In this document: one piece after another, positions 1-8,717 of the stretch
Numbering within the stretch: position 1 is the stretch's first letter
Layout: each line of letters opens with the position of its first letter
Source of the DNA: an uncultured archaeon
GTDB taxonomy: Archaea; Asgardarchaeota; Lokiarchaeia; Sigyniarchaeales; SOKP01
Length of the DNA stretch: 42,013 nt
Assembly: GCA_964632315.1 (NCBI GenBank)
Contig: CAZWEM010000043.1
Coordinates: forward strand, 1 to 42,013
Reading direction: 5' to 3'
Made by a program: the position numbers and the translations under genes
The notes under the pieces: model-generated
Seen by the model: the letters and a program-made list of their open reading frames with translations, nothing else
Database searches by the model: none
What the model was told of the DNA's origin: nothing

Positions 1-41
1 TAACTCTGCAATAATGTTTTAGTAAAGTTGCTTTCAGGCAT
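1..41 (-). CDS. 5' end of a gene running off the left edge (MPESNFTKTLLQS...)
   Basis: ATG at 41-39 on the minus strand, open to the window edge; TTTATAAA TATA-like box about 25 nt upstream (64-71). Confidence 0.45.
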   Translation of the reverse strand, partial: MPESNFTKTLLQS

Positions 42-254
42 ATTTTTATCTTAAATATTGTTCTTTATAAAAAAACAAAAACTACGGACTTTTAAAACTA
101 AAGCCTTTATTAGTTAAAATATAAATCTATTTCTTTTTAAATTATTATTAGTTAGACGTTAATATTGCTTTGATTAAAATCTTAACACTCTAATGAATTT
201 CTTAAAATGAAAAATAGGTATAGAATTCAGAAAAAAAAGAATTTATAGAGAAAG

Positions 255-464
255 TTATAAATCTCTCTCTTTTACCGTTTTTCTACCGTTTGATTTAGCT
301 CGATTTACGGCTTTATCAAGCATGTTAATAATTATATTGTTTAAAGCTTCACCATCAAGCACAGCACTAGCTGTGTTTAAATCCTTACCTTTTATATATT
401 CTCGAACTTTTGATTTTACAAACAATGGTTCTACTTTAGCTCCTTTCGTTGCTTTTTTAGCCAT
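255..464 (-). CDS. Histone-fold protein, short-alpha3 (face-to-face / bacterial-dimer-like) type, with a Lys-rich N-terminal extension
   Basis: LFVKSKVREYIK alpha1; C-terminal RAKSNGRKTVKERDL histone L2/alpha3 motif that ends right after RD; GGGAG ribosome-binding site upstream; poly-T tract downstream. Confidence 0.88.
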   Translation of the reverse strand: MAKKATKGAKVEPLFVKSKVREYIKGKDLNTASAVLDGEALNNIIINMLDKAVNRAKSNGRKTVKERDL

Positions 465-676
465 TTAACATCTCCCTCTTTTCGATTTTAAATTCTTATT
501 CCTTTTTAAAAAAATTAATTTTTAGATATTATATTGCCAAACGTCTTTTTAAATCTTTTTGAAATGGTTTATTAAAGGGCAAATTCTACCGATTTTAAAT
601 AAATTTTTCAAAATGAATTTTAAGCGAGATTTCTGTTGATTGAATTAATCAATGTGCTAAAAACCTTGATTTTGAC

Positions 677-824
677 ACTAAATAAAATATAATGGTGATA
701 GAACCCTATTTATTTGAAAGCTTGCTCACAGAAAGAATAAAATGGATATTGATTTTTTCGGCGTGTAACCCAGAAAAACTACCCCTAAAAACTAATGTCT
801 ATAGAATGAGGAAAATAAATTAAA
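677..824. repeat. Copy 1 of a ~148-bp diverged direct repeat (period ~170-171 bp)
   Basis: Aligns by eye with 848-994: shared blocks actaaataa, agaacccta, ttatttgaa, ctcacagaa, aaaatggat, ggcgt, taacccagaaaaa, agaatgag; about 80% identity with one indel. Confidence 0.92.
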
Positions 825-847
825 CGATGAAAATAAATAATGTTGCT

Positions 848-994
848 ACTAAATAAGATATAATACTGAGAGAACCCTAATTATTTGAATTTTTACTCAC
901 AGAAGGAACAAAATGGATTTTAATTTTTTGGCGTTTAACCCAGAAAAAGTACCACCAAAAATTAATCTCCACAGAATGAGTTGCATAAATCAAA
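848..994. repeat. Copy 2 of the ~148-bp diverged direct repeat
   Basis: Same alignment as copy 1 (677-824). Confidence 0.92.
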
Positions 995-1016
995 TTAAAG
1001 GTTTAGAATTAATAAT

Positions 1017-1025
1017 AAAAAAAAA
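1017..1025 (-). terminator. Oligo-T archaeal terminator candidate downstream of albA
   Basis: Run of A on the + strand (T on minus) about 50 nt after the albA stop. Confidence 0.45.
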
Positions 1026-1072
1026 GTGTGGATGATTGTATTATCGATCTGAACTGACTTCCTTCAGAGTGA

Positions 1073-1354
1073 TTACTTTGGAGGAGCTAAGACGATCTCG
1101 ATGCTTGAAACGTTATTACTTTGACCATTTTCTCCTTCTAGTTGTTCTGTGGAGAGTTTTATGTCTCTATATTCAGTTCCTTTTAGAAATCTGTTTCGAA
1201 GGATTTCGCACACGTCAACAGCGTGAGAGATTGCTCTACCACGAGCTTTAACTGTGCATTCCTCTCCTTTGTTCAAAATCATCATCGTGGCCATTACGTA
1301 ATTCATAGTTGGCCTTCTACCGACGAATACGGAATTTGCTTCTTTTCCAGCCAT
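1073..1354 (-). CDS. albA: DNA/RNA-binding protein Alba
   Basis: VFVGRRPTMNYV, KARGRAISHAVDVCE and VSSIEIVL Alba motifs; start moved to ATG 1354 because GGTGA sits just upstream of it. Confidence 0.95.
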   Translation of the reverse strand: MAGKEANSVFVGRRPTMNYVMATMMILNKGEECTVKARGRAISHAVDVCEILRNRFLKGTEYRDIKLSTEQLEGENGQSNNVSSIEIVLAPPK

Positions 1355-1528
1355 TTGTTTCACCATTTTTAGGTTTTCAGTTGTTTTTTTTTGATTTTAT
1401 ATGTTTTTTTGTTTTTAACAGTAATATTGTGTCGTAATTACATTAATCAATTACGAGCATTTACATTAACTTCAATTTTAGAAATCTTAAAAATTTTATT
1501 AAACAAAAAATAATTATTAAAAAATAGA

Positions 1529-2185
1529 TCAAGAGCCTTCTTTTTTTAAACCTGGTTTATTTTCCCCATTAGTTACTACAGATTTACCTTTTTTCTCATT
1601 ATCTTCTTTAATTATATCCCAAATTATTGTAATAATTAAAAGAGCGGATATAATGATTAAAAGTGGTATTATTAAACCCGAATCTGTAAGAACTATTTTA
1701 ATCCATCCGATAAAGGGAATTCCTCCAACCACTACTCCAAAGACTCGATTTTCAGGAATTGGAACTGGATCTTGTATTGGATTAGCATCTCCTTTGGTTT
1801 GGAAATACCATGTATCTCCATCTAGCCATTTTCCAATAACCCTATGAACAATTGGATCTCGAGGGGCAGTGGGCCACCCAGGTAAACCCCAGGCATTAAA
1901 AACAATAACATCCCCATTTTGTTCAATAGCGGATCCATTTCTAATATCTTGAGGGTTCCTTCCTTGAACAAAAAGTAAATCGCCTTCATTTATATTTGGA
2001 CTCATTGATCCAGAAACCACAACTACTACTGGAGTTTCGGTATTAAGAGAAATTTGTAGGATAAAATACACAAAAAAAGAACCAAAAAAAGCAATAGAAA
2101 TCATTACAACGGAAAGAATAATTTTTTTTTTTGGTAATGATTTAATTTTTTCTCGTATTGTTTGTTTTGATTTGCTGGTTTCCAT
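1529..2185 (-). CDS. Signal peptidase I, archaeal/eukaryotic Sec11/SipW type
   Basis: N-terminal TM, VVVVSGSMSP catalytic Ser, PIVHRV His, TKGDAN..DP motif, C-terminal TM. Confidence 0.93.
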   Translation of the reverse strand: METSKSKQTIREKIKSLPKKKIILSVVMISIAFFGSFFVYFILQISLNTETPVVVVVSGSMSPNINEGDLLFVQGRNPQDIRNGSAIEQNGDVIVFNAWGLPGWPTAPRDPIVHRVIGKWLDGDTWYFQTKGDANPIQDPVPIPENRVFGVVVGGIPFIGWIKIVLTDSGLIIPLLIIISALLIITIIWDIIKEDNEKKGKSVVTNGENKPGLKKEGS

Positions 2186-2471
2186 AATAAGTCAAATTAA
2201 TCGTTCTTGACTAATAAAATAATGATCTATATATAAATTTTTTTTGTATATCAAATTATTTAGCTTGATTTGATGATGTGTAGAACAGTTGTAATATAAT
2301 CCCCTTCCCTCGTGATATTGGTTAAAAATTAATAAGATTTTGACGGGGTGGCTAATATAATCGGACATCGATCCAAGAGAAATTAATATATATTATAACA
2401 GATTAATCATTTGATGAAAGTATCAATTTAATTAATTGCACTAAAAAGGGAGATAGGTTGGGAATTTTATT

Positions 2472-2966
2472 ATGTATTTAGAGGAACCTCTTTCTAAAGA
2501 TGAAGTTAGTGATTGTATATATAATAAGGTTGAAGAACTTGGATTTAGTATAGAAAAAGAACAGGTAATTTCTTTTTTGGATAATTTTATTACTAAATAT
2601 AATAGGTTACCTAACGAAAATGAGATTAAACCAATAGTTCTAAGCTACATGAAGATATATCGAGAGGAAGAAAATTTTCCAGAATCAATTAATCAAGAGG
2701 ATTTCAATTATGGAGTGTTGGATAAAGAAATTTATGAAAATACTGTGAAACCTATTGATTTCTCTTCCTCAATCTCCAATTTTGATGATAAAATTCTAAT
2801 AATCCCTAAACCACAGGGACGTCGAGTTTGTCCTATTTGTGGACCTTTAAATCTCTACAAGATTCACGAAATAATTGATAAAGATGATATTTTATGTGCT
2901 TATCCTAAAATATACGGAAAAAAGTATATCTGTGATCAATGTGGAATTGAATGGAAAGAGAAATGA
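2472..2966 (+). CDS. Hypothetical protein with C-terminal C4 zinc ribbon
   Basis: RRVCPICG ... KIYGKKYICDQCGIEW, two CxxC pairs. Confidence 0.75.
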   Translation: MYLEEPLSKDEVSDCIYNKVEELGFSIEKEQVISFLDNFITKYNRLPNENEIKPIVLSYMKIYREEENFPESINQEDFNYGVLDKEIYENTVKPIDFSSSISNFDDKILIIPKPQGRRVCPICGPLNLYKIHEIIDKDDILCAYPKIYGKKYICDQCGIEWKEK

Positions 2967-3048
2967 TCTCTTACTTTAAATAAAAATAAGATATTTATAC
3001 TAAATAGGATAATTCTATATTACATTTTAAAATTAACTTGAATAGACC

Positions 3049-4002
3049 ATGACAGATTATGCGATAATTTACAATCCTACTGCTAATAAGGGTTCTGTAG
3101 GCAGACAAATTAATGAGGTTAGTAAGTATCTAGATGAACTTAATGTAAAATACGAGTTGTATGCCACCGAATTTGCAGGACATGCGATTGAATTAGCGAA
3201 GAGCCTTGCTAAAGATGGTTTACGGATCATTGGAGCAGGTGGAGATGGTACAGCCAATGAAGTTTTGCATGGAACGATAATTTCTAACACGGGAGCATTA
3301 TGTGGATTCATTCCGATGGGTTCCGGAAATGATATACCAGCAGCAATAGGATATCGAGCAGATATGAAGAGAGCTGCTGAGGTTATTGCTGAAGGTTTTT
3401 CTAGCAAGTGTGATATTGGATTTGCTAAAAGAGATGACAGTACTGAACGATACTTTTTAGGGATTGGTTCTCAGGGATTTGATAGCGAAGTTGCGCGTAG
3501 ATCAAATGAAGATAAAGAAAAAGATTATAACATGATAATTCTAAACTTATTGAGAGAATGGGAAAATCAAGAAATAATCGTTAAAATGGATAATGATACA
3601 TTTGAAGGTGAGGCTAATCTTGCAGCGGTGGGATTGTCAGGAGCATACGGAGGAGGGATGTTCATTTGTCAGAGAGCGAGTATTGAAGATGGCCTTTTTG
3701 ATATAAGCATCGTAAATATTGATAAGGTAAAATTAGCTAGACAGTTCAGGAGAATGTATAATGCTTCATTACTCCCTCATCCCAATGTTAGTGAATTTCA
3801 GAGCAAAAAAGTCAGAATTGAAATGAAAAATCCTCAAGAAGAACCTTATGTATGCCAAGTTGATGGTGAAGTGCTAGGACCACTTCCAGTTAATTATGAA
3901 TGCATTAAAGAGGGATATGAATTCATAAGACCAAGAATAAATGAGTTCGCAGAAGAGTTCAAAGAAAAATATGGACACTACTTCTGGGAATGTACGCATT
4001 GA
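3049..4002 (+). CDS. Diacylglycerol/lipid kinase family protein (YegS/DgkB/BmrU-like)
   Basis: IYNPTA, GGDGTANEV, PMGSGND, YGGG and QVDGE motifs. Confidence 0.92.
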   Translation: MTDYAIIYNPTANKGSVGRQINEVSKYLDELNVKYELYATEFAGHAIELAKSLAKDGLRIIGAGGDGTANEVLHGTIISNTGALCGFIPMGSGNDIPAAIGYRADMKRAAEVIAEGFSSKCDIGFAKRDDSTERYFLGIGSQGFDSEVARRSNEDKEKDYNMIILNLLREWENQEIIVKMDNDTFEGEANLAAVGLSGAYGGGMFICQRASIEDGLFDISIVNIDKVKLARQFRRMYNASLLPHPNVSEFQSKKVRIEMKNPQEEPYVCQVDGEVLGPLPVNYECIKEGYEFIRPRINEFAEEFKEKYGHYFWECTH

Positions 4003-4021
4003 CGAGTTTGTTTATGTGATT

Positions 4022-4654
4022 ATGATGGATTCTTGGAATTCTATTTTTAAAAAAAAAGGGAGAGTATTTACATCTCCACACCCAGATATGATTGATATTG
4101 TTGATTATTTAAAAGAAAGAGGAGCAAAACGTGTTTTAGACTTAGGATGTGGGACTGGACGGCATTTGGTTCTTTTTGCAAACGAAGGATTTGAAGTTTT
4201 TGGACTTGACTCAGCTCCTGAAGGAATTGAAATTGCTAAGAATTGGCTAACTGAAAAAAACCTAAGTTGCAATTTGATAGTCCATCGAATGGAAGAGAAA
4301 TTCCCCTATCAAGATTTATTTTTCGATGCTGTAATTTCAATCCAGGCAATTCATCACAATAAAATTGAAAAAATAAAATTTACGATTAAAGAGATTGAAC
4401 GAGTTTTAAAACCAAGAGGACTGCTTTTTATAACTGTTCCAACTTTTGATCGGTTTAATAGAAAAAATCGTTGGAACCTAAAAAAAGTGGAAAAAAGAAC
4501 TTTTGTGCCCCTTTCAGGACCAGAAAAAGGTCTTCTTCATCATTTTTTCTCTGAACGTGAAATTTATAAAGTTTTCAACAGATTTCAAATTAAAGAAATT
4601 TATATTGATAAAACAAAACACCGAGCTATTTTAGGATTTAGAAAAGAAGATTAG
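4022..4654 (+). CDS. Class I SAM-dependent methyltransferase
   Basis: VLDLGCGTGRH motif I, FDAVIS, RVLKPRG; start moved to ATG 4022 to remove the 62-nt overlap with the upstream gene. Confidence 0.88.
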   Translation: MMDSWNSIFKKKGRVFTSPHPDMIDIVDYLKERGAKRVLDLGCGTGRHLVLFANEGFEVFGLDSAPEGIEIAKNWLTEKNLSCNLIVHRMEEKFPYQDLFFDAVISIQAIHHNKIEKIKFTIKEIERVLKPRGLLFITVPTFDRFNRKNRWNLKKVEKRTFVPLSGPEKGLLHHFFSEREIYKVFNRFQIKEIYIDKTKHRAILGFRKED

Positions 4655-4710
4655 TTATATTTTATTTCAATGTTGTACATTTCAAATTACGAATATCACT
4701 TCTATTCAAA

Positions 4711-5664
4711 ATGAGTAATTTTAATTTTAGTCCGGCCAAAAAACCTACTTTCTATTATATTGGAGTTACTACTACGAGATCCTCAATAATGAGGGTTTTT
4801 CCTAAATGGGCAGTACATTTGGGGATTGGAGATACACCTATTGTAGGAATTGACTGTAAAATCCATGATTCTCCTGAGATTTATCGAAAAATAGTAGAAT
4901 TCATCAAACACGATGATCTTTCATTAGGTGCATTAGTAACTTCCCACAAAATAGATCTTTTTGATGCTGCTAAAGATTTATTCGATGAGATGGGGTCATA
5001 CACTAAGCTTCTAGGGGAACTAAGCTGTATTTCAAAAAAAGAACATAAATTGTGGGCACATGCTAAAGATCCGATTACAAGTGGTCTATCTTATGAATCA
5101 TTTATTCCTAAAAATCATTGGCTGCAAACTAAAGGAGAGATTTGTATTTTAGGGGCAGGTGGGGCTTCATTAGCTCTCACTACGTATTTTATTGAATCAT
5201 TAAAAAGAACACAATGGCCATCAGCAATTCATATAACGAATAGAACAATTCCAAGACTTGAAAAAATGGAAAAAATTCACGAGAAAATTAATCGGGGAAT
5301 AAATTTCGAATACCATCATTGTTCAAAACCAGAAGAGAACGATAAAATCGTAAATTCTTTAAAATCATCTTCTTTGATTATTAACGGAACAGGAGCTGGA
5401 AAAGATTTTCCGGGATCACCATTAACAAGTAAAGCTCAATTTCCAGAAAATGGATTTGTGTGGGATTATAATTTTCGAGGAGATTTAGTTTTTCTAAAGC
5501 AAGCAAGATTGCAACAAGAAGGAAAGAATTTGCACGTAGAAGATGGTTGGATTTACTTCTTGCACGGATGGCTAAGAGTTATTGCGGAAGTGTTTCATTT
5601 AAATATCCCAACTAGTGGTCCTGAATTTGATACCCTTTCAAGAATTGCTTTAGAAGTAAAATGA
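4711..5664 (+). CDS. Shikimate dehydrogenase-like NAD(P)-dependent oxidoreductase, non-canonical subfamily
   Basis: LVTSHK, ILGAGGAS, NRT, INGTGAG and EDGW motifs; lacks the canonical HSxSP, NTD and conserved Gln of AroE. Confidence 0.8.
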   Translation: MSNFNFSPAKKPTFYYIGVTTTRSSIMRVFPKWAVHLGIGDTPIVGIDCKIHDSPEIYRKIVEFIKHDDLSLGALVTSHKIDLFDAAKDLFDEMGSYTKLLGELSCISKKEHKLWAHAKDPITSGLSYESFIPKNHWLQTKGEICILGAGGASLALTTYFIESLKRTQWPSAIHITNRTIPRLEKMEKIHEKINRGINFEYHHCSKPEENDKIVNSLKSSSLIINGTGAGKDFPGSPLTSKAQFPENGFVWDYNFRGDLVFLKQARLQQEGKNLHVEDGWIYFLHGWLRVIAEVFHLNIPTSGPEFDTLSRIALEVK

Positions 5665-5679
5665 AAAAGGAGTCGCAAA

Positions 5680-6255
5680 ATGAAAGAAAAAAAATCTAGT
5701 TCTATAAAATTTAACCTTGAGGATGGTCAATCAACAGATCGTGTATCCACGAAAAGAATGCTGTCTGATATGAAGGGTATATATTTCGATAATGAATCAC
5801 TTGAATCACTACTCAAGAAAGGGGATTTATGCGTTTATGAATTTTATGAATTAGGAATACCAGAAGATTCAAGTCACTTAGCTTATGGTACGACTATTAT
5901 ATATCCTGGAAAGGTTGGGGACGAATACTTTATGACTAAGGGCCATTTTCATGAAAAATTAGATACTGCTGAGGTATATTATTGTATCAAAGGACATGGT
6001 TTTTTACTCATGGAAGATGTTAATGGAAGAGTGGAGACTCAGGAAATGTTACCTGGGATTTCTGTATATGTACCACCCAAATACGCCCATCGAAGTATTA
6101 ATATATCACAAAACGAACCATTTATAATGTTCTTCGTGTTTAGAGCGGATGCGGGGCATGATTATAAGACTATTGAAACGAAAGGATTCAGAAAGTTAAT
6201 AATCGAGAGAGATAGAAAACCAGAAATCATTGATAATCCTAAATGGATTGAGTAA
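5680..6255 (+). CDS. Cupin-type (archaeal) glucose-6-phosphate isomerase family
   Basis: TIIYPGKVGDEYFMTKGHFH...AEVY...YAHRSIN...DAGHDY signature. Confidence 0.92.
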   Translation: MKEKKSSSIKFNLEDGQSTDRVSTKRMLSDMKGIYFDNESLESLLKKGDLCVYEFYELGIPEDSSHLAYGTTIIYPGKVGDEYFMTKGHFHEKLDTAEVYYCIKGHGFLLMEDVNGRVETQEMLPGISVYVPPKYAHRSINISQNEPFIMFFVFRADAGHDYKTIETKGFRKLIIERDRKPEIIDNPKWIE

Positions 6256-6275
6256 TCGAATAAAGGTATAGTATC

Positions 6276-7208
6276 ATGAATAAGGTCTATATTGGGTCAA
6301 GAACGCTAACTCTTAATGGTCATCCAGCATTAAAAAGATTAGAGAACGCAGGATTAGAACTTGTTTTTGGCCCCGCTGGAGAAAGACCAAGTGAGGAGGA
6401 ACAACTTAGAGTGTTACCCGAATGCGTGGCATATCTAGCTGGAACTGAGAAAATTTCAAGCAAAGTTTTAAATTCTTCAAAAATGCTTAAAGTTATAAGC
6501 AGAAATGGAGTTGGGATTGAAAATATTGACCTTGAAGAAGCACAACGTCTTGGTATTACGATAATGATAACTCCTGGAGCTAATGCTCAAGGAGTAGCGG
6601 AGCTCACGATTGCATTAATGCTTAGTGCCATTCGTTTCATTCCGTTGCATCATACAGATTTAAAAAGAGGTAAATGGGACCGATTAATTGGAAATGAACT
6701 CCAAAATAAAATAATAGGGGTTATAGGTACCGGAAATATCGGTAAAAAGGTAATAAATATGACTTTAGGTTTAGGCATGACGGTTTTAGGATATGATCTT
6801 TTTCCCGATCCAAATTTTAATCCTTCTCCTAAGTTTAAGTATGTAGGTTTAAAGGAAATTTTTCAATCATCAGAAATTATAACCCTTCACATTCCCTCAC
6901 AAAAAAGACCAATACTTGATAAAGATGCATTTTCGTCGATGAAAGACGGGATCTATATCATAAATACGGCTCGAGCAGAACTGATTGATGAATTAGAGTT
7001 ACTAGAGGCCTTAAATACGAACAAAGTAAAGATTTACGCAACTGATGTATATAGACAAGAACCACCTGACATAGATGAGTTAATTAGTCATCCTCGAACA
7101 ATTTGTACGCCCCATATTGGTGCTTATACAGAAGAAAGTATTAGTCAAGCAGTAGAAATAGCAGTAGAAAATATATTAAAAGTACTAGGATTAAGTTATG
7201 AAGGTTAG
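6276..7208 (+). CDS. D-isomer-specific 2-hydroxyacid dehydrogenase (phosphoglycerate dehydrogenase-like, no ACT domain)
   Basis: RNGVGIENID, GVIGTGNIG, INTARAEL, DVYRQEPP, TPHIGAYT. Confidence 0.9.
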   Translation: MNKVYIGSRTLTLNGHPALKRLENAGLELVFGPAGERPSEEEQLRVLPECVAYLAGTEKISSKVLNSSKMLKVISRNGVGIENIDLEEAQRLGITIMITPGANAQGVAELTIALMLSAIRFIPLHHTDLKRGKWDRLIGNELQNKIIGVIGTGNIGKKVINMTLGLGMTVLGYDLFPDPNFNPSPKFKYVGLKEIFQSSEIITLHIPSQKRPILDKDAFSSMKDGIYIINTARAELIDELELLEALNTNKVKIYATDVYRQEPPDIDELISHPRTICTPHIGAYTEESISQAVEIAVENILKVLGLSYEG

Positions 7209-8064
7209 TTTAACACAAGAAGAATGTGAGAACTTAAAAGATTTTATTAAAAGTAAAAATTCTCCCTTAAATGAAGTACATATTGCTTGGATAGGACAAG
7301 CGGGGTTCATTTTCAAATTTAGAAATAAATTATTAATAATAGATCCATATCTCTCTGATTATCTATCAAAAAAATATAAGGGAAAAATATTTCCTCATAT
7401 CAGATTAATAGAAATTCCAATAAATCCAGAGAGAATCACAAATGTAGACTACGTACTTTGTTCACATGCTCATTCTGATCACATGGACCCAGAGACTATT
7501 TCAATTTTAAGTGAGCAAAATCCTAAAGTAAAAATAATCGTTCCTGCTGCAGAGAAAAAAGAGGCTTTAAATAGAGGTGCAAAATTTTCTCAAATTCTTC
7601 CTATAAACGATGGAAATATTTTAAAATTAGAAGAAGGATTAAAAGTAATTGGTATTGCCGCAGCTCATGAAAATTTAAAAGTCAACCAAAAAGGAGAACA
7701 TCATTTTCTGGGTTTTCTTATCGATTTTGAAGGAATTCGAATCTATCATTCTGGCGATTGCGTACCTTATGAAGGACTAATTCAAAAATTAAAAAAAATG
7801 GAAATTCATATCGCATTATTACCGATCAACGGTCGAGACGAATTTCGCTTAAAAAATAATATCGCGGGTAATTTTTTCATTGAAGAAGTTTTAGATATCT
7901 GTAAAATTGCTAAAATTGAAAAGGTAATTGTGCACCATTTTGGCATGTTCGCATATAACACTGTGGAAGAAGATCTATTAGAGAATTTAAGAAATTTCAA
8001 TTCCCCCCATTTCCAAATCATTATCCCAGAAATCAATAAAATTTACAAAATTAAAAAGATATAA
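7198..8064 (+). CDS. Metallo-beta-lactamase-fold hydrolase, UlaG-like (sugar-phosphate lactonase candidate)
   Basis: WIGQAGF, IDPYLSD, SHAHSDHMD (HxHxDH), YHSGD, LLPING. Confidence 0.85.
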   Translation: MKVSLTQEECENLKDFIKSKNSPLNEVHIAWIGQAGFIFKFRNKLLIIDPYLSDYLSKKYKGKIFPHIRLIEIPINPERITNVDYVLCSHAHSDHMDPETISILSEQNPKVKIIVPAAEKKEALNRGAKFSQILPINDGNILKLEEGLKVIGIAAAHENLKVNQKGEHHFLGFLIDFEGIRIYHSGDCVPYEGLIQKLKKMEIHIALLPINGRDEFRLKNNIAGNFFIEEVLDICKIAKIEKVIVHHFGMFAYNTVEEDLLENLRNFNSPHFQIIIPEINKIYKIKKI

Positions 8065-8080
8065 TACATGATGATTAGTT

Positions 8081-8710
8081 ATGGATGTTATTAAAAAAAT
8101 GGAAAAACTTAAGATCATTCCCGTGGCAGTGATTGAGGATGCTGAAAATGCCATTCCTTTAGGAAACGCTCTTATGGAAGCGGGGCTACCAGTTATAGAA
8201 GTCACTTTTAGAACGGATGCCGCAGCACGATCTATTTCACTAGTTAAAAAAGAGTTTCCTGAGATGCTGGTGGGAGCGGGTACAGTCCTTAAAATTGAGC
8301 ATGTAAAAGCTGCGATTGAATCAGGTTCTGATTTTATCGTTACTCCAGGTTTTAATCCTACGATTGTTGACTATTGTGTGGATAATGGGATTCCAATTGT
8401 GCCTGGATTGAATTCTCCTTCATTAATAGAATGGGGGATGGATCGCGAGCTTTATCATTTTAAATTCTTCCCTGCAGATCTTTCTGGTGGAACTAAAATG
8501 ATTCAATTATTATCGGGTCCTTATCCTGACGTAAAATTCATGCCTACGGGTGGTATTAATGATCAAACTCTTGTAGAGTACTTAAGATTAGATAACGTGT
8601 TTTCTTGTGGAGGAAGCTGGATTGTTAAGAAAAATCTTATCTCTGAAAGAAAATTTGATGTAATAAAATCTAAAACGCAAAATGCACTTACACTTCTGCA
8701 AGATATCTAA
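8081..8710 (+). CDS. eda: KDPG/KHG aldolase
   Basis: IEVTFRT, VGAGTV, FIVTPG, FKFFPA Schiff-base Lys, FMPTGGI. Confidence 0.95.
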   Translation: MDVIKKMEKLKIIPVAVIEDAENAIPLGNALMEAGLPVIEVTFRTDAAARSISLVKKEFPEMLVGAGTVLKIEHVKAAIESGSDFIVTPGFNPTIVDYCVDNGIPIVPGLNSPSLIEWGMDRELYHFKFFPADLSGGTKMIQLLSGPYPDVKFMPTGGINDQTLVEYLRLDNVFSCGGSWIVKKNLISERKFDVIKSKTQNALTLLQDI

Positions 8711-8717
8711 TCTTCTT

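Noticed and set aside
692-823. 43-aa ORF (MVIEPYLFESLL...) in repeat copy 1
   Set aside because: The equivalent frame in copy 2 has an in-frame TAA and a frameshift; no recognisable motif
677-994. Repeat interpreted as a CRISPR array
   Set aside because: Only two long diverged units, no short identical repeats with unique spacers, and no cas genes in the window
1036-1251. + strand ORF, and the other short antisense or overlapping ORFs in the track (e.g. 1653-1847, 3069-3407, 7806-8205, 15498-15815, 19851-20150, 32923-33825, 35495-35752, 37878-38165, 39974-40235)
   Set aside because: Shadow ORFs overlapping well-supported genes, with no motifs of their own
2270-2420. C/D-box sRNA (two TGATGA motifs)
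   Set aside because: No matching CTGA D box seen on that strand
3941-4021. N-terminal extension of the methyltransferase ORF
   Set aside because: Overlaps the lipid-kinase 3' end; ATG 4022 is the more plausible start
4711-5664. Calling this aroE
   Set aside because: Shikimate-binding motifs are altered and the context is sugar catabolism
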